From Amoebidium appalachense (taxonomy: Eukaryota; Protista; Ichthyosporea), in the NCBI GenBank assembly GCA_963693365.1, contig CAVNZM010000011.1, positions 7,459,921-7,523,920 on the forward strand: DNA of 64,000 nt, in the 5' to 3' direction. Positions 61,916 through 64,000 of the stretch are shown piece by piece (position 1 is the stretch's first letter; the number at the start of each line of letters is the position of its first letter). The translations under genes were made by a program, and so were the position numbers. The notes under the pieces are model-generated. The model saw nothing but the letters and a program-made list of their open reading frames with translations. It did not search any database and had not been told where the DNA came from.

Positions 61916-63230
61916 GGGGGGTGGGGGGAGGGGGGGGGGAGGGGGGCAGGTGGTTGGCTGAATAGAAAGGCGATCGGGCAGAGAAGGGGGGGAGGGGGGG
62001 AAGGGGGGGAGTTAAATTGCTACTGGTTGAAATTCAATGGTTGTGCACGTCGGCTATGCATTACAGTGTAGGAAATAAACATGCAGGCGCAGGTGGAGGG
62101 GGGGGGGGGGGGGGGGGGGGGTAAAGGGGGGGGGGGGGGGGGGGGGGGGGATGGCACTGGCAGGGTGTACCTATTTTAAGCATTTGCTGACACTGGTGGC
62201 CCGTCACAGGTCGTCACATGCATATATATATATGGGCTGCACGGTGCAACAGAATAATGGTATGATGGCAAAAGGGGAGACGACATCGTGCATGTACGGT
62301 ACGGCTGAGGTGTGGTTTGTCTCTGTAGCTCGGTTGGTAGAGGGTGCTCTGGCCATCGCTCTTCTCCTATGTTTCTTTATCTTCTGTTTTCCTTGACACA
62401 TCGGAATTCTTTATCCTCAAGTAACATTAGTAGTCTTCTTGGATTGCAACGATTTAATCCTTTTCATTTAGTTTTTGCCTTTTACTTTTATTCTGCATGT
62501 GTCGCTTCATACAGCCATCTGCCAGGTGAATACGGGCTGTAGTAGTGCTGGATGGGTGATACAGCCTTGCTTAAATGTCAGCTCTAGATGTGATGTATGA
62601 GGTAACATGTTTTGATTAGAGTGCATTTTATATACCTGTATACCCCATATAGATGCAGATGCCGTGGTGTGAATAATGTGTTAATTAAGGTGCCTTAATC
62701 GGTAGGAATTCGAAGCTGACCCTACCACCTACTGAGGCGGTGTCTCCTTTCTTTTTTTTTTTTTTTTTTTTTTTTTTAACTTAAAAGGGACCGCCTGAGT
62801 AGATGTTAAAACGTCGCACGTGCGGCAACACGTCAGTACGTGTTAGAAGCTGACCACATCGGGAGTAGGGAGTAGGGGGTAGAGGCGTTAGAGGGGGAGG
62901 GGGGGGATCTTGTTCTTTTTCTTTTTTTTTTTTAGGGGGGGGAGGGGGAGGGGGGGGGGGGGGGGGGGGGGGGGAAGGGGGGATGGGGAAATTGGTAACG
63001 AATTAATCGTAATGAATTTGCGTTTTGCTTAATTGATGTCGTTATTACTGTTCCCATGATATTGTATATTTGGGATTGGTTGAAAATAGCCTGATAATTG
63101 TGAGCAGCTTAGAGATGATGTTACCGTTGCTTTTCTTATATCATCGGTGATCAAACTATTGATGACGTATGTATGCCATAATATCATACTGATGGTCCCT
63201 TGTTCACAAATACAGCGGTTCTATATATAT

Positions 63231-63746
63231 TCAGACATAACCTATTTGCCTGTAGTTTTTTTTCTTTTGACTGGATTTATTCGACGGAAAGATATGCAAG
63301 TATGCACGGCATACCGAGAAGACAATAAAAACTTCACGAGTTATCCAGTAACAAGTGCATACTGAGATACCTGAACACTGTGTGAAACTTTGATCATATA
63401 AATACTCAATGTGACGACCAACAGAATTCAACAAAAAGTCTAAAGTGGCCACATTGCCAGCCAGTGTAGCAGACACCCGTAGGGAAAGAGGTAAAACGCG
63501 ACATAAAAACTCACACCTATCAACATGCTTGCGATTAAAAAGTTCAGCACAAAAGTGGCACCAGCGGCGATGAAAACAAAAATTACAACGCCACTGCACA
63601 ACTTCCCAGGCAATATCGACATCAGAGCACCATACAGACTTATCTACTAGGGTGGTATCCATACGTACAGCAGGAGAAATATATCCTGCCAAAGCCCCCA
63701 AAAAAGCGATAATGATCAGTACGGTGTTGCCTAAGGAACATAACAC
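63231..63746 (-). pseudogene. Possible degenerate membrane-protein coding segment
   Basis: Hydrophobic stretches in two alternating frames (VLIIIAFLGALAGY; VVIFVFIAAGATFVLNFLIASMLIGVSFYVAFYLF). No family recognised. Confidence 0.2.
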
Positions 63747-64000
63747 ATGCCGACTGAGTTTTACCTTTGATTTATCTATCAGAACGAGAAAGAAACTTAT
63801 ACTGCGTATGGTAATAACGCGAAAAGGCAGAAAAAACAGGAAGAGAAAAGAAAGAGGGAGTGAGATAGCGAGAGGAAGAATCAGGTTGAAAGAGGATAGG
63901 CTGAGGACATTCAGAAGTAGCGTTGGTGAATCGGGGGGGAAGAGGGATGGAGGGAGGGGGGGGGAAAGAAAGCATAAAGAGGGTGACCATCAGGTATCCT

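Overview
Eukaryotic, intron-rich and repeat-rich DNA with canonical GT-AG introns full of G/C homopolymers and (CA)n/(GA)n microsatellites. Most ORFs in the supplied track are repeat artefacts. Manual exon reconstruction gives the following. (1) A ~28-exon minus-strand gene (33334-55034) encodes a full-length homologue of the large NAD-glutamate dehydrogenase (GDH2/GdhB type). Its reading frame is clean, yet most catalytic and cofactor motifs are substituted, so it is a candidate pseudo-enzyme. (2) A minus-strand multi-exon gene (3449-16217) combines JmjN, a KDM4-like JmjC domain and a YABBY/HMG-like box, and may be cargo of a large mobile element. Its first exon is split by a complete chromodomain-bearing Ty3/Gypsy LTR element (8504-15619, TSD CTCTG). 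(3) A complete Ngaro/PAT-type tyrosine-recombinase retrotransposon with split direct repeats (26330-31796) sits next to a GT31 galactosyltransferase-like gene. (4) Also present are an internally deleted hAT element (55680-58945, 12-bp TIR, 8-bp TSD), a MITE, the probable 5' end of a Copia-like element at the left edge, and several minisatellites. Family assignments come from recognised motifs; no database search was run. Many frameshifts lie in short homopolymers and may be sequencing errors.
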